Of a stretch of 64,000 nt of DNA, positions 53,069-64,000 are shown in pieces (position 1 is the first letter of the stretch; each line of letters begins with the position of its first letter). Source of the DNA: the human T2T-CHM13v2.0 reference genome, Homo sapiens. The stretch lies in assembly GCF_009914755.1 (NCBI RefSeq), contig NC_060929.1, one strand, 5' to 3'. The position numbers and the translations under genes were made by a program. The notes beneath the pieces were generated by a model. That model was given only the letters and a program-made list of their open reading frames with translations. It made no database searches and had not been told where the DNA came from.

Positions 53069-53558
53069 AGAAAAATTGCTCAGGAAACTGAACCTTTTTC
53101 TGAACCAAGCACTGTCAGCAAATCTCAGGTATTAGAGCAACTATGGTTGATTGAAAAGTGTCTCAAAATCTGGGCCAAGAATGATTGCTAGGTCCATAAG
53201 CTAATTTGTCTGGCCTTGCCATTTACGTAAGCCAAAGAAAGTCACTCATGAGTAAACTATAGAAAACGTTCAGACCCATCCTGTTAGTATGTCAAATCAA
53301 CTAAGACTGGCAGGGTATTAACTCCATTCCAGGTGACATGGATAAAGAGCCCCATTATTTTCACAGTGCCAGCCTCTACCTAAGGAAACCCTAGACCTTG
53401 GAACCAGTTTCCTGGTAGGGAACTGCTGACAGTTTCAATGCTGACAGTTGGAGCCAATGCCTCATAGTGTAAACTGAAAGAAAAATAGTTGCTTTTTAAA
53501 ATGTCAGCAAGAAGGCCTGCCTCATCTTAACAAAGCAAAAAAAAATGCTTTAATTCAA

Positions 53559-53564
53559 ATTAAA
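53559..53564 (+). terminator. Distal polyadenylation signal ATTAAA in PART1 exon 2
   Basis: Variant hexamer followed by a GT-rich element (gtctgtggt, about 53587-53595); use is inferred. Confidence 0.5.
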
Positions 53565-54054
53565 AATCATGATACTAGAGATGGGAGTCTGTGGTCACTA
53601 TAAAGATAAAGTTCATGTTCTTGGTTCAGATAACAAAACACTTTATCTGGATAAATGGACCTCAAAATTTGCTCTTGGCACATGGGGGAAATTTTTTGTT
53701 GTATTTTGTTGTTGTTGTTGTTCTTGTTGTTATTGTTTAAATTAATCTTCCTAAGGCCATGAATATGAAATCATATTAATAATGCATGTGACAAAATTCT
53801 AAAATATATTACACTTAAAATTAGCATAAACCATCAACTTTTAGTACTCATATATTGCAGTCAAAACTCTTCTAGGTAATGAGACCTGAACAGAAGGATC
53901 CATTTATCTGTGGTCTTGCTCTTTGTCTAAGTTTCTCGAAAGCATTAGGACAATGACATATACAAAAACTGGCAATTACATTTAATAAGAAAAATGTGGG
54001 GAGTGCATTCTTAATATTTGATGCTAAAACCATATCTTTGCTTTAAACATGTAA

Positions 54055-54286
54055 AGCAGTATAACATGGTGGTTGGTAGAAACTCTGGAGTCAGGCCACC
54101 TGGGTTCACATCCCAGCTCTGACTCTTAATTGTTAGACCCTGAGCAAGCTACTTAACAGCATTATGCCTCAGTTTCCTCCTATATAAAAGGGTGCCACAC
54201 ACAGTAACTACCTCCTAGGCTGGTGTGAAGATTAAATGGGCAAATACATGCTTAGAACTGAGCCTATTATATGGTGACTGCTCATT
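54055..54286 (+). mobile_element. MIR
   Basis: gcagtataacatggtggtt...actctggagtcagg...cctgggttcacatcccagctctg...tgcctcagtttcctc...gtgtgaagattaaatg. Confidence 0.85.
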
Positions 54287-54300
54287 AAAAGAAAATTGTC

Positions 54301-54448
54301 GGGAGGGATAGCATTGGGAGATATACCTAATGCTAGATGACGCGTTAGTGGGTGCAGCGCACCAGCATGGCACATGTATACATATGTAACTAACCTGCAC
54401 AATGTGCACATGTACCCTAAAACTTAAAGTATAATTAAAAAAAAAAAA
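54301..54448 (+). mobile_element. Very short, very young L1 3' end (GCG class, between L1PA2 and L1HS) with a perfect 14-bp TSD
   Basis: gatgacGCGttagtggg (54342-54344), cacaatgtg and cttaaagtataat; pure A tail; TSD aaaagaaaattgtc at 54287-54300 and 54449-54462 at a tt/aaaa site. Confidence 0.93.
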
Positions 54449-54462
54449 AAAAGAAAATTGTC

Positions 54463-54760
54463 AGCTAGAAATGGTGGCTCGCCCCTTTAGTAATCCCAGC
54501 CCTTTAGAAGGCCAAGGATCACTTGAATCCAGGAGTTTGAGACCACCCTGAGCAACACAGCAAGACCCCATCTCTGCAAAAAAGAGAAACAAATAAATAA
54601 ATAGCTGGGCATGGTAGCACACACCTGTAGTCCCAGCTACTTGGGAGGCCAAGGTGGGAGGATCACTTAAGTCCAGGAGTTGGAGGCTGCAGTGAGCTAT
54701 GGTTGTGCTATTGCACTCCAGCCTCAGTGACAGAGTGAGATCCTGTCTCAAAGAAAAAAT
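54463..54760 (+). mobile_element. AluJ
   Basis: Diverged dimeric Alu (ggaggatcacttaagtccaggagttggaggctgcagtgagctat). Confidence 0.9.
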
Positions 54761-54853
54761 TGAAAAAACATAAATAAATAGAAATAAAATTGTTTTTATT
54801 AGGATTAAGCTCACTGCAATAAATATACACAATATTGAAAATGAAGGTGAATT

Positions 54854-55237
54854 CCATGGAATACTATGCAGCCATAAAAAAGGATGAGATCATGTCCTTT
54901 GCAGGGAGATGGATGAAGCTGGAAACCATCATTCTCAGCAAACTATCACAAGGACAGAAAACCAAACACCGCATGTTCTCACTCATAGGTGGGAACTGAA
55001 CAATGAGAACACTTGGACACAGGGCAGGGAACATCACACACGAGGGCCTGTCAGTGGGTAGGGGGCTGAGGGAGGGATAGCATTAGGAGAAATACCTAAT
55101 ATAAATGACGAGTTGATGGGTGCAGCAAACCAACATGGCACATGTATGCCTATGTAACAAATCTGCACATTGTGCACATGTACCCTAGTACTTAAAGTAT
55201 AAAAAAAAAAGATTAAAAAAAAGAAGAAAAGAAAAAA
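54854..55237 (+). mobile_element. 5'-truncated L1 (L1PA5/L1PA6-like) with 16-bp TSD
   Basis: End of L1 ORF2, 3' UTR and A tail; TSD aaaatgaaggtgaatt at 54838-54853 and 55238-55253. Confidence 0.92.
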
Positions 55238-55895
55238 AAAATGAAGGTGAATTAATGAACTGCCAGATGTGGTGAAATGTGTCTACTAACATCACATATT
55301 GCATTTCAACTAATATTTGTAAGTAAGATTTTGCCTTAAGGCCTCTAAGATAACAGCACAGTGAAGTGTGTTGGTCACTATTAATCATCAGTTTTTTGCC
55401 TGGTTCTCAATTGACACTTTTAACCCTGCCCTGTATTTTGCTGTGTCATGCAAGGACACTAACCCAGGACATGACACACAAGGGGTAACAGTAGTAGACA
55501 TGATTCATATGATAGTTGGTACAAAGTTTAGACTAGTTTAAACATTCCTGCATGAGGGAAAAAAAATAATGGAAGTCATTAATCTTCAGTCATGGTAACC
55601 TAACCAAAAACGATTTGAAGGAGGAGAAAAAAGAGGGTTACCGATCATGAACAGCTATGCTGATTATCCAAAATACATGAACCATGTCTGGAATTCATGC
55701 TGAATTCTCAGCTTAAATATGAGCTATGTTGAAGCGAATTATATTTTCTCCTCCCATTGATGAGAAATTTCTCAGAGCAAGAGAATATCAACTGAGACTT
55801 AGACGTGCTCACTAAGAAGCAGCAGAAGAAAGAACAGAGTCTGCTTGGTGAAGGAATAGCCACCCCAGAGAAGGAGTATGGACTTCTATACACAA

Positions 55896-55942
55896 TCATT
55901 CATTCATTCATTCATTCATTCATTCATTCATTCATTCATTCA
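55896..55942. repeat. (CATT)11 tetranucleotide microsatellite
   Basis: Eleven perfect CATT units at 55897-55940. Confidence 0.95.
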
Positions 55943-57635
55943 CTACTCATGCATGATCTTTGTCCTTATCTTCCTCCACTGTCACATGAATACCCACCCA
56001 CTGCACCTACCTGCTTCCTATTCCTGAGAACCCAGGCTCACACACAGAGCCATGTTTCTGCAAATGCAGCCCCTCTGACTGCACACCCTTCCCCAGCACC
56101 CACCATGAAGACCAAGAAAAATGAATTCCTTCACTAGAAACCCCTTCCTAGCCACCCCTTCTCCATGAAAGGTGGTTACACCCTCCTGAGTAAATTAATG
56201 AACCAGTACCACTTACCACATAAATTAGCACTAGAGGACAAACGAACATTGGAAAAATTGAGGGATGTTTTCAGTTTAACAAAAAAAATGCTTTAAAATT
56301 GAAACATAGGGTACTTTCTGCAAGATTAAAATTCCAATAAAATCAAATGTGAGGCTTATCGGACCCACAGACAAACTCTTGGCTAAAGTTAGGCATCATC
56401 TCTGGTCCTTCTCAACAAATGGATAAAGAAATGCAGGGGATCCCAACATAGTCTCTAGAAATGATCGTATATTTGAAAGTTTGAAAGCTTTGCATGGGGC
56501 CTGGCAAGGAGTTGAATGAGCTAAGCTAAGTCTCACTTATTCTAATGATCCTGCTCCTGGCAGAAGAATGCACTGGGGGTAGGGGGATCTCAGACTCAGA
56601 GGTGGGTAATTATCTCCCTCTTCCCCCTCTGCTGGTGCAGCTACAGAATCCGACATCAAGATTCCCTCCCAGAGCCACTTGTGCCACTGAGCCTCACCAC
56701 CTGCAGCACTGCTGCAGTCCAGTCCTGTGACTAAGGGGGCAGTTATTCAGCACTGGACATTCACTGAGAGGAAAATGATGGAAGGGGCTGGAGAATTTCA
56801 GGAAAACAATGTATTCTGGAGGACAGCCCTCGGAACTGTGACATAGGTCCAGTTTGTCTTTAGAGCCTTTCCTCCTCACTTCTACCCCCAGAATAGTCTC
56901 CCTGGGCTCCCCAGATTCTTCTTTGTGGCCCACAAAGGGGCCTAACCTCCCTCCCATCAACTAAATCTTTTTGTGTGCCATCCCCAGAGTAGCAGATTAA
57001 AGCAGTCTGTGAAAATATAAGTAAATGGTCCTGCTATCTTCCAAGTGGCATGTCATTTCAATAGGGGCTTTCTAGAGCTAAAGCTGAGAACCAGAGAAAT
57101 AACCACCAGTGAACATTTCAGGCCTCATGAAGCATGACAACAAAGGCAGAAGGCAGGCAGGTCTTTCTGGGCCCTAGGGAATCACACCTGCATATCAGCT
57201 ACCTTCCCCTCTCAGAAATGGGCCAGCCCTATTTGCATAGCCCTGAGCCAAGGAAAAGGTCAAGCTTTCCCTTCTCCATGCAGGGTCACCATCATGATTA
57301 TACAACCTGTACCACACCTGTAAGTCCCACCTCCATGGCCCCTGTGTCTTCCTCTCTACCTCCAGAGCACAGGCCACCACTAAGCAAGGAAAGAGTTCTC
57401 ACTTCTTTAACCTTCCCACAATACAGATAAATATCACATATAGTGCCTCAAAAGCAATTTGGCCATGGAGATACATTTGCAATCACCAGCAACTAAAAGA
57501 GACATGAGTTGCTCTATATCTAACTTCAGTCCATGGTATTTTGTCTAACTTTTGTCATGAAAATTTACACACAGAAATCAGAGGAGTGGAAAGAAAGCAG
57601 ATTACACTGAGTCACAGTTGCACTAGGAAATAACA

Positions 57636-57839
57636 CAGTGGCTCTCGAATGTCATGTGCATAAGGATGATGACCCAAGGCACCTGCTAAAATGGTAGATC
57701 CCTGGCTCCCACTACAGGATGCTGATCCCATGGATCTAGAGTAGAATCTAGGAATCTGCCTTTTCATTGCCCACACCCACCACCATGCGTCAATGTTTGT
57801 AAAGCCAGTGATCTATGGACCACTCCTTAAGAATCATTG
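57636..57839. mobile_element. MER5-family hAT relic
   Basis: cagtggctctcgaa...ggatctagagtagaatctaggaatctgcc...ggaccactccttaagaatcattg. Confidence 0.55.
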
Positions 57840-59179
57840 AGATAGTGCATGCAGACTACTTAACAGAAAACCTGGTACAAATTTTCAATGCTTGCTAGCT
57901 AGCATTATTACCAATCAGAATCAATCCCAACTTCATAGATTCTACTTAGACTTGACCTTTTGCTAAGTGAAAATTGCACATGGGTGCGGAAGTATGGTAG
58001 CAAGCCAGGAGTTGTTTTAGTGCAGGAAGAGAAATAAGAAGAGGGATACAGTACGTGTCCTTCTAATGATCCTTTAACCATTAATGAAATCTCTTGAGCC
58101 CTAATTATCCCCTATTCCACAGTTTTCAACAGCTCTGAAAAGATTACACAGGGGTATCTGAAATAATTATCTATGGACCAGAAATTCCCAATGTAAAAAC
58201 ACTCAAAATATTGCCATTTTTATTTTTCTGCCTCAGACATGGAAAGCAAAACAGGGCTATTTGTTTTGTTGTGCAAAGCAGGCCCCAAGTGAACAGTGAG
58301 TTTCAGAATGGCTGAGTCCACCAACTTTGGCACAGTATCAGAGAAGTGAATCCCAAACCTGACTGGCTGTTGTGCTCCTGTGAGTCTTGGCTATTTCCTT
58401 TTGCTGCCAATGTGGGCCCTCTGCAGATGGTTGCAGCTGAGTATGTCTACTTACCTCTTGGACTGACTCCTCACCATAAATGGGATGGCCGTTCAGGAAA
58501 TCTTCTGTTTGCTTTGCACGCTCCTGAGTATAGGACAAAGCGCTGTTGTTTAAGAACATAAATAACAAAAGCTTTGTTCTTCCAAACCGAGAGGGAAACT
58601 GTAGATCTATCCAAAATGACTTGGTCTTAAACTGCCTAAGGATGACAAGAATGAAATATTATTTTAGGCTGCCCATCAGCATCCGTCTCTCAATCTCCTG
58701 TCTTGGCTTCAGAAAACAATGACTCAATATGGTCTTTTTCTGACACATTGCAGCCTTAGGAAAATACTGTTCCACATATTTGGAACTAGAGCTTTCCCTG
58801 CATTAAAATAAGTGGAAGTTATTCAAAAGCCCACTTAGCTTTCTCTCTTTGAATCTGGGCATAGGAACACAGCTGTTTGTACTCACATAATGAAAGAAAA
58901 AAAGGAAACTGTGTATGACAAAAAAAAATCAAAATACATTTTTTACTAGGTGCTTGACATGTATTTTATTGCTTGATTCTCACAACAACCTCTAAGAGTT
59001 TGGTATTATCTCCATTTTCACCAAGAGTGAGAAAGGTTAAATAAGTTTCCCTAAGGACATAGAGTTGATAGGTGGGAGAGGAAACAGTTAAATAGCAAAG
59101 GAAGTAAAGGTAGCCTGAAATTCTAACTGTTCAGATTTAAATTAACAACTTCCCATATTTCTAGTAATATGACTGTATA

Positions 59180-59690
59180 GAAATGTGATTGTTGTGTTTC
59201 ATAACCTGTTTTGTACCATTAAATAATTTTTCACATTAATATATGAAGCTTTACACCATCATTTTATTGACTATGCAGGATTTCACAGTAGGTATTTATC
59301 ATAATTTACTATACCAGTTCTCTATTGATAAACATTAAAGTTATTTCTCATTTTCCCCATGAATATGCTTTTGCAAACATACTACATAAATGTATTTTTA
59401 CATTTGTATAGTTGTCTTCTTAGGATAAGTCCTAGACCCAGAATTTCTGGGCAAGAAGATTATACATTTCACATTTCAGTAAGTATCAGCCACCTGCCCT
59501 CCAAAAGGTTGTATCAGGTAGTTGTATGAGCACATCCATTTCATCAAACTCACAGGCACACCGAGTTTAACCATCCATTCACATTTCTGCCAAAATGATG
59601 TGGGGAAATGATAGCATTGTTATCTTTATAATCACAATGCTAATTGGGGGGTTAGGTGTTAGGCATCTTCTCTTATGTATTGGCCGCTTG
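59180..59690 (-). mobile_element. Ancient L1M (L1ME-like) fragment
   Basis: cataatttactataccagttctctattgataaacattaaagttatttc...taggataagtcctaga...gccctccaaaaggttgtatca. Confidence 0.6.
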
Positions 59691-59696
59691 CAATTC

Positions 59697-60021
59697 TTTT
59701 TTGTCTTTCTTTTTTTTTGTTTTTGTTTTTGTTTTTGAGGCAGGATCTTGCTCTGTTGTCCAGGCTGGAGTGCAGTGGTGTGAACACGGTTCACTGCAGC
59801 CTCAACCTCCCAGTTGCAAGTGATCCTCCCACCTCAACCTCCCAAGCAGCTGGGATCATAGGCACATGCCACTAAGCCTGGCTAATTTTTTTTATTTTTT
59901 GTAGAGACAGGGTCTCACTATGTTCCCCAGGCTGATCTCAAACCCCTGGCCTCATGAGACCCTCCCACCTTGGCCTCCCAAAGTATTTAGATTACAGTGT
60001 GAGTCATGGGGCACACCAGCC
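59697..60021 (-). mobile_element. AluJ
   Basis: Reverse dimeric Alu with a T-rich tail; degenerate TSD tgcaattcttt/tgtaattcttt. Confidence 0.9.
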
Positions 60022-60471
60022 ACCTGTAATTCTTTCAGAAGTCAATTAGTCCTATCCTCTTTCTACTTTTCTATCAAAATCTGACTCCAAAATTAATTGC
60101 AAGTGCTTTCTCCCACCCCTACCTGTTTTCTCATTGTCTGAGCTCTGCAAAGCTGATGTGCTGGTATATTACAGACTTTGATCTATTGCCAGGAAAACTT
60201 TGGCAACATATTGCCAGGGCGATTAGTCAAGTTCCATAACATATGTTCCAAGAAGGAACACTGGTTAAGTCTAAAGAATAGAAATCCATAAATTTCTCCT
60301 TGGTCGTCTGCTTCAGAAATAGGTCATCCTCTGACTATCAGCAGTTGTTTAGCCGAAAAGAAACAATGATCCATTCAAACTTAAATCTTGTTCTTCTGCA
60401 CAGAAAAGTTTGGATAACAGAAAGAAGGCAAGAACAGTTTGGAGGAACATCCCCAGAACCAGTGACTGGAG

Positions 60472-60481
60472 ACACACACAT

Positions 60482-60514
<33 letters not shown>
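60472..60514. repeat. (CA)n microsatellite
   Basis: CA run with one tg interruption. Confidence 0.9.
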
Positions 60515-60516
<2 letters not shown>

Positions 60517-62342
60517 TTTCCATGCCCCAGACAGAGTCAGACCACAAAGATTGTGCTGTGACTCAGGTTAGAGATGTCTTTGCTCAGAGGAAAATGAGGC
60601 CCACAAACATAAAGTAACTTGTCTAAAATCAACCAGCAAACAGCAGTCCACTGACTCCCTGGGCAGAGTCCATTCCACTAAAGGACCCTTGCCAAAGGTG
60701 AATCCGAGCACAAGTTGAGTCCCCAGAGTGTAAAACATTGACTCTCTCTCCCAAAAGGCCAGAATTGTGTTAAAAAGGCATTATAACAAGAATACCTTCA
60801 CCCCAGTCCCAGAACTTGTACAAATGGGGCCTGGGCCACAGGGATGGCCAGCATCCTAGCTGCTAAGGTTGGACATGGATCTGACTGGCTGTGGGCAGAG
60901 GGCTTCAGGGACAATGTTAGGCTGCCCTCTTGTTCCTGTACTCAAGAGAGTATGATCAAATCCAAACAGCAACACTGGGCTGGTATCCAGCTCTTATGGT
61001 ATCTAGCTTTTTCTTTACAATATCACTTGTATAATCAGCTTGTTTTTTTTAATCTTGTCTGTTCAAATTTAGCCAATTCCAGGCTCTGAGCTAAAGAAAA
61101 CCAAGCCTGGCCAGGTAGTGGTCCTATCCTCCTATAAGGGCTTCTGCCTTAGCCCAGCAGAGACTCAAATGTGACCAAGATCTCTGACAGAAGAACTGTA
61201 CAAGGGCTACCTATCCCATCTCACCTGCAGAAAAATGCATGGATGAGTGGCCCCACATTCATTCCACCTAGGTGATCAGCCACCCAATGGCATTAGCTCC
61301 CTCTCTATAAAATCCTGCATCATGAAACTCTTACCAAACCCAAACAAAGATTCTATTCCACCCAACGCAGATCCTTGATGAAGACTAGAAAAGCGGCTTC
61401 CTCCATATTTTATCAATTTGAAAGCATTTTTGTGAACCCTTTAGATATCCACATGGGCCAAACAGAATAAACAGTTCACACTGAGACTTAAAAAACAACT
61501 GGATCTGTGTATTTAGGAAACTGGCTTAGAACACAACAGTGGTGATTAGTTTGTGCCAGGAGATGTGCATGCATTATGCCATTTAATCTCACAATGACTT
61601 TCCAAGGTGCTTCTTTTTACCCACTCTTTATATATAAGGAAACAGAGGAAACAATAAGGAACAGCTTATTTCTAGACTCAGCTGATTCCTCTACAGAATT
61701 TCATGAACTTTCATTGAGATTTCAGCAGTTCTTCCAAAAGACCAAGGGAAAAGTCTGCCTTGAATGTTAAAACTGTCATGAAAGTTGATTCCTGGCTGCT
61801 TCACAGACTGACTCCCCTCAGCTTTCTCCTTGGGTTGGGGGCGGTTAAAAAGAAAAAAAAGCAATCTCATGCTGATGGCTCTCTTTGGAAATGGATGTTT
61901 TCCACAAGAGAAAATTCTTTCCAAAACTTGGTGCTTATTTTAGGAGAGTTGTGTGGATTCCCAGCCATCTTCACACAGAAAATCTTATACCTCAGAATCA
62001 AGAATAAACTCTTCAAGTAAATTTCAGCAACCCGATTGGTCATTAAAGACTCCAAAAAATAAACAACAAAGAGCGAGACAGGGAGAGTTGCACTGCTGGC
62101 CCAGACCATTTATAAATACAAGAATTTGAAGCAGAGGTTTGAAAATGCTTATGGTATATTTCTCTCCTCTCCTTCAGTTTTCCTGTTAGCCCTCTTGGCT
62201 TCAGAGGTTTTTACTTGCTGATTCTCAAGGTTGGACTACATTTAATTGGTTTTGTTTCTTGAAACATTCACTCAATTTTGATTAGCAAATTTGCTTCTTT
62301 TCTTTTTTTCTCCAAATATGATCAAAAAGAAACTAAAACCCA

Positions 62343-62660
62343 GGCTGGGTGTGGTGGCTCATACCTCTAATCCCAGCACTTAGGGAGATTGAAACAGGAT
62401 AACTTGAGCCCAGGAGTTTGAGATCAGCCTAGGCAACATAGTGAGACACCATCTCTAGAAAAATAAAAAAATTAGCTGGGTGTGGTGGCCATACCTGTGG
62501 TCCCAGCTACTGGAGAGGCTGAGGAGAAAGGATCACTTGAACCCAAAAGGTCGAGGCTGCAGTGAGCCATCCATGATTGTGCCACTGCATCCCAGACTGG
62601 GTGACAGAGACCCAGTCTCAAAAAAATAAAAATAAAAAAGAAGAAGAAGGAGAAGAAGGA
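62343..62660 (+). mobile_element. AluJ
   Basis: Diverged dimeric Alu with an A/GAA-rich tail. Confidence 0.9.
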
Positions 62661-62974
62661 AGAACCTGGTCCCAAGGATGGAAGAAATTTCCACTTGAAA
62701 ATATTTAAGATTTATTTATAATGCATCTTATGTAATACTACATTAGAGAAATAACTAATTCCATAGATTGTCCAAAATGAAAACTGACTCAGTGCTAAAT
62801 ATCTATAAGGAACTTGGTAAATAGATGTTAAGTAATTTATATTCATCAGTATGATAATAATAACATGCATTTACAAGGAACTTTGCTATTTTCAAAACAC
62901 TTTCACACATGTCATTTTAAATAACTCTAAAAATTCCATGGAGGACTAAGCGGGGACTTTGTGAACATACATAT

Positions 62975-63190
62975 GAAGTTTATATCCTGGCTTTGCCACT
63001 TAGCTGCATGACTTCAGGCAGCTTACTGAAATAATCTGAGCCTCAGCTTTCTCAGCTGTAAACTGTGAATGACAATTGTTCCTTCCTTGCAGAGTTGATG
63101 AGACTTAAAGATAATATGTGCCAAAGACATAGCAAGAACCTGACCCATGGCAGGCATTTGGAAATGGGAATTATTGCTATGATTATAAGG
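62975..63190 (+). mobile_element. MIR
   Basis: atcctggctttgccacttagctgcatgacttcaggc...tctgagcctcagctttctcagctgtaaa. Confidence 0.75.
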
Positions 63191-63295
63191 CAGGACTGAT
63201 ATAATTAACTCCTCTAACAGCTGAGGCAACTGAGGCTGAAATAGATTAAATCATTCAACCAGTCACTACAGCCACTATGATACCAGAGCTACAGG

Positions 63296-64000
63296 TTTTC
63301 TTTTTTTTTTTAATTTAATTTTATTATTATTAAACTTTAAGTTTTAGGGTACATGTGCACAATGTGCAGGTTAGTTACATATGTATACATGTGCCATGCT
63401 GGTGTGCTGCACCCATTAACTCATCATTTAGCATTAGGTATATCTCCTAATACTATCCCTCCCCGCTTCCCCCACCCCACAACAGTCCCCAGAGTGTGAT
63501 GTTCCCCTTCCTGTGTCCATGTGTTCTCATTGTTCAATTCCCACCTATGAGTAAGAATATGAGGTGTTTGGTTTTTTGTTCTTGCGATAGTTTACTGAGA
63601 ATGATGATTTCCAATTTCATCCATGTCCCTACAAAGGACATGAACTCATCATGTTTTATGGCTGCATAGTATTCCATGGTGTATATGTGCCACATTTTCT
63701 TAATCCAGTCTATCATTGTTGGACATTTGGGTTGGTTCCAAGTCTTTGCTATTGTGAATAGAGCCGCAATAAACATACGTGTGCATGTGTCTTTATAGCA
63801 GCATGATTTATAGTCCTTTGGGTATATACCCAGTAATGGGATGGCTGGGTCAAATGGTATTTCTAGTTCTAGATCCCTGAGGAATCGCCACACTGACTTC
63901 CACAATGGTTGAACTGGTTTACAGTCCCACCAACAGTGTAAAAGTGTTCCTATTTCTCCACATCCTCTCCAGCACCTGTTGTTTCCTGACTTTTTAATGA
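63296..64000 (-). mobile_element. L1 (L1PA3/L1PA4-like) 3' end, continuing beyond the window
   Basis: T-rich tail, reverse L1 3' UTR and ORF2 C-terminus (WRFLRDLELEIPFDPAIPLLGIYPKDYKSCCYKDTCTRMF). Confidence 0.95.

Larger units (their letters stand above)
50030..53580 (+). ncRNA. PART1: PART1 lncRNA, short two-exon isoform: exon 1 ends at 50735, intron 50736-51972, exon 2 starts at 51973; 5' and 3' ends approximate
   Basis: The small ORF MQCQLFRTETSKAVSELNYDYICIKAGTGR... and the sequences aaggccgtgtcagaactcaa and tccaggctgagatggaaaac are recognised from memory as PART1. Donor GAG|GTAATT; acceptor ctttgtttatttgacag|t; poly(A) signals AATAAA 53063-53068 and ATTAAA 53559-53564. Confidence 0.85.

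Noticed and set aside
53581-64000. Further exons of longer PART1 isoforms (e.g. acceptor-like tttctcag near 55775)
   Set aside because: I could not pair convincing acceptor and donor sites from sequence alone; transcript alignment is needed.

Overview
This is AT-rich, repeat-dense primate (human) genomic DNA. I recognise it from memory, without a database check, as the 5' region of PDE4D at 5q12.1, roughly chr5:60.44-60.50 Mb in GRCh38. At about 50.0-50.7 kb, a minus-strand non-coding first exon of PDE4D (PDE4D7-type, donor at 50254/50253) overlaps head-to-head with exon 1 of the plus-strand androgen-regulated lncRNA PART1 (donor 50735/50736, acceptor 51972/51973, poly(A) signals at 53063 and 53559). 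Everything left of 50254 is PDE4D intron. It holds a TSD-flanked SET/TAF-I-alpha processed pseudogene (21297-23122, minus strand, 225 codons still open), a near full-length Tigger1, truncated L1s, Alus, MaLR LTRs, DNA-transposon MITEs, MIR/L2 relics and microsatellites. No host protein-coding exon is evident, and almost all ORFs in the track are repeat-derived or chance. I found no demonstrable new biological system. The best leads are: (i) the sense-oriented SET retrocopy as a possible alternative terminal exon for the PDE4D7 promoter, encoding SET without its acidic tail; (ii) a composite young L1 resembling a 3' transduction with an inverted, A>G-enriched L1 piece; (iii) several template-switch scars, including an inverted 68-bp copy inside a MER47A and perfect palindromes; (iv) a 13-unit GGAA microsatellite 15 kb from the PDE4D7/PART1 promoter; and (v) a GCG-class very young L1 just downstream of PART1.
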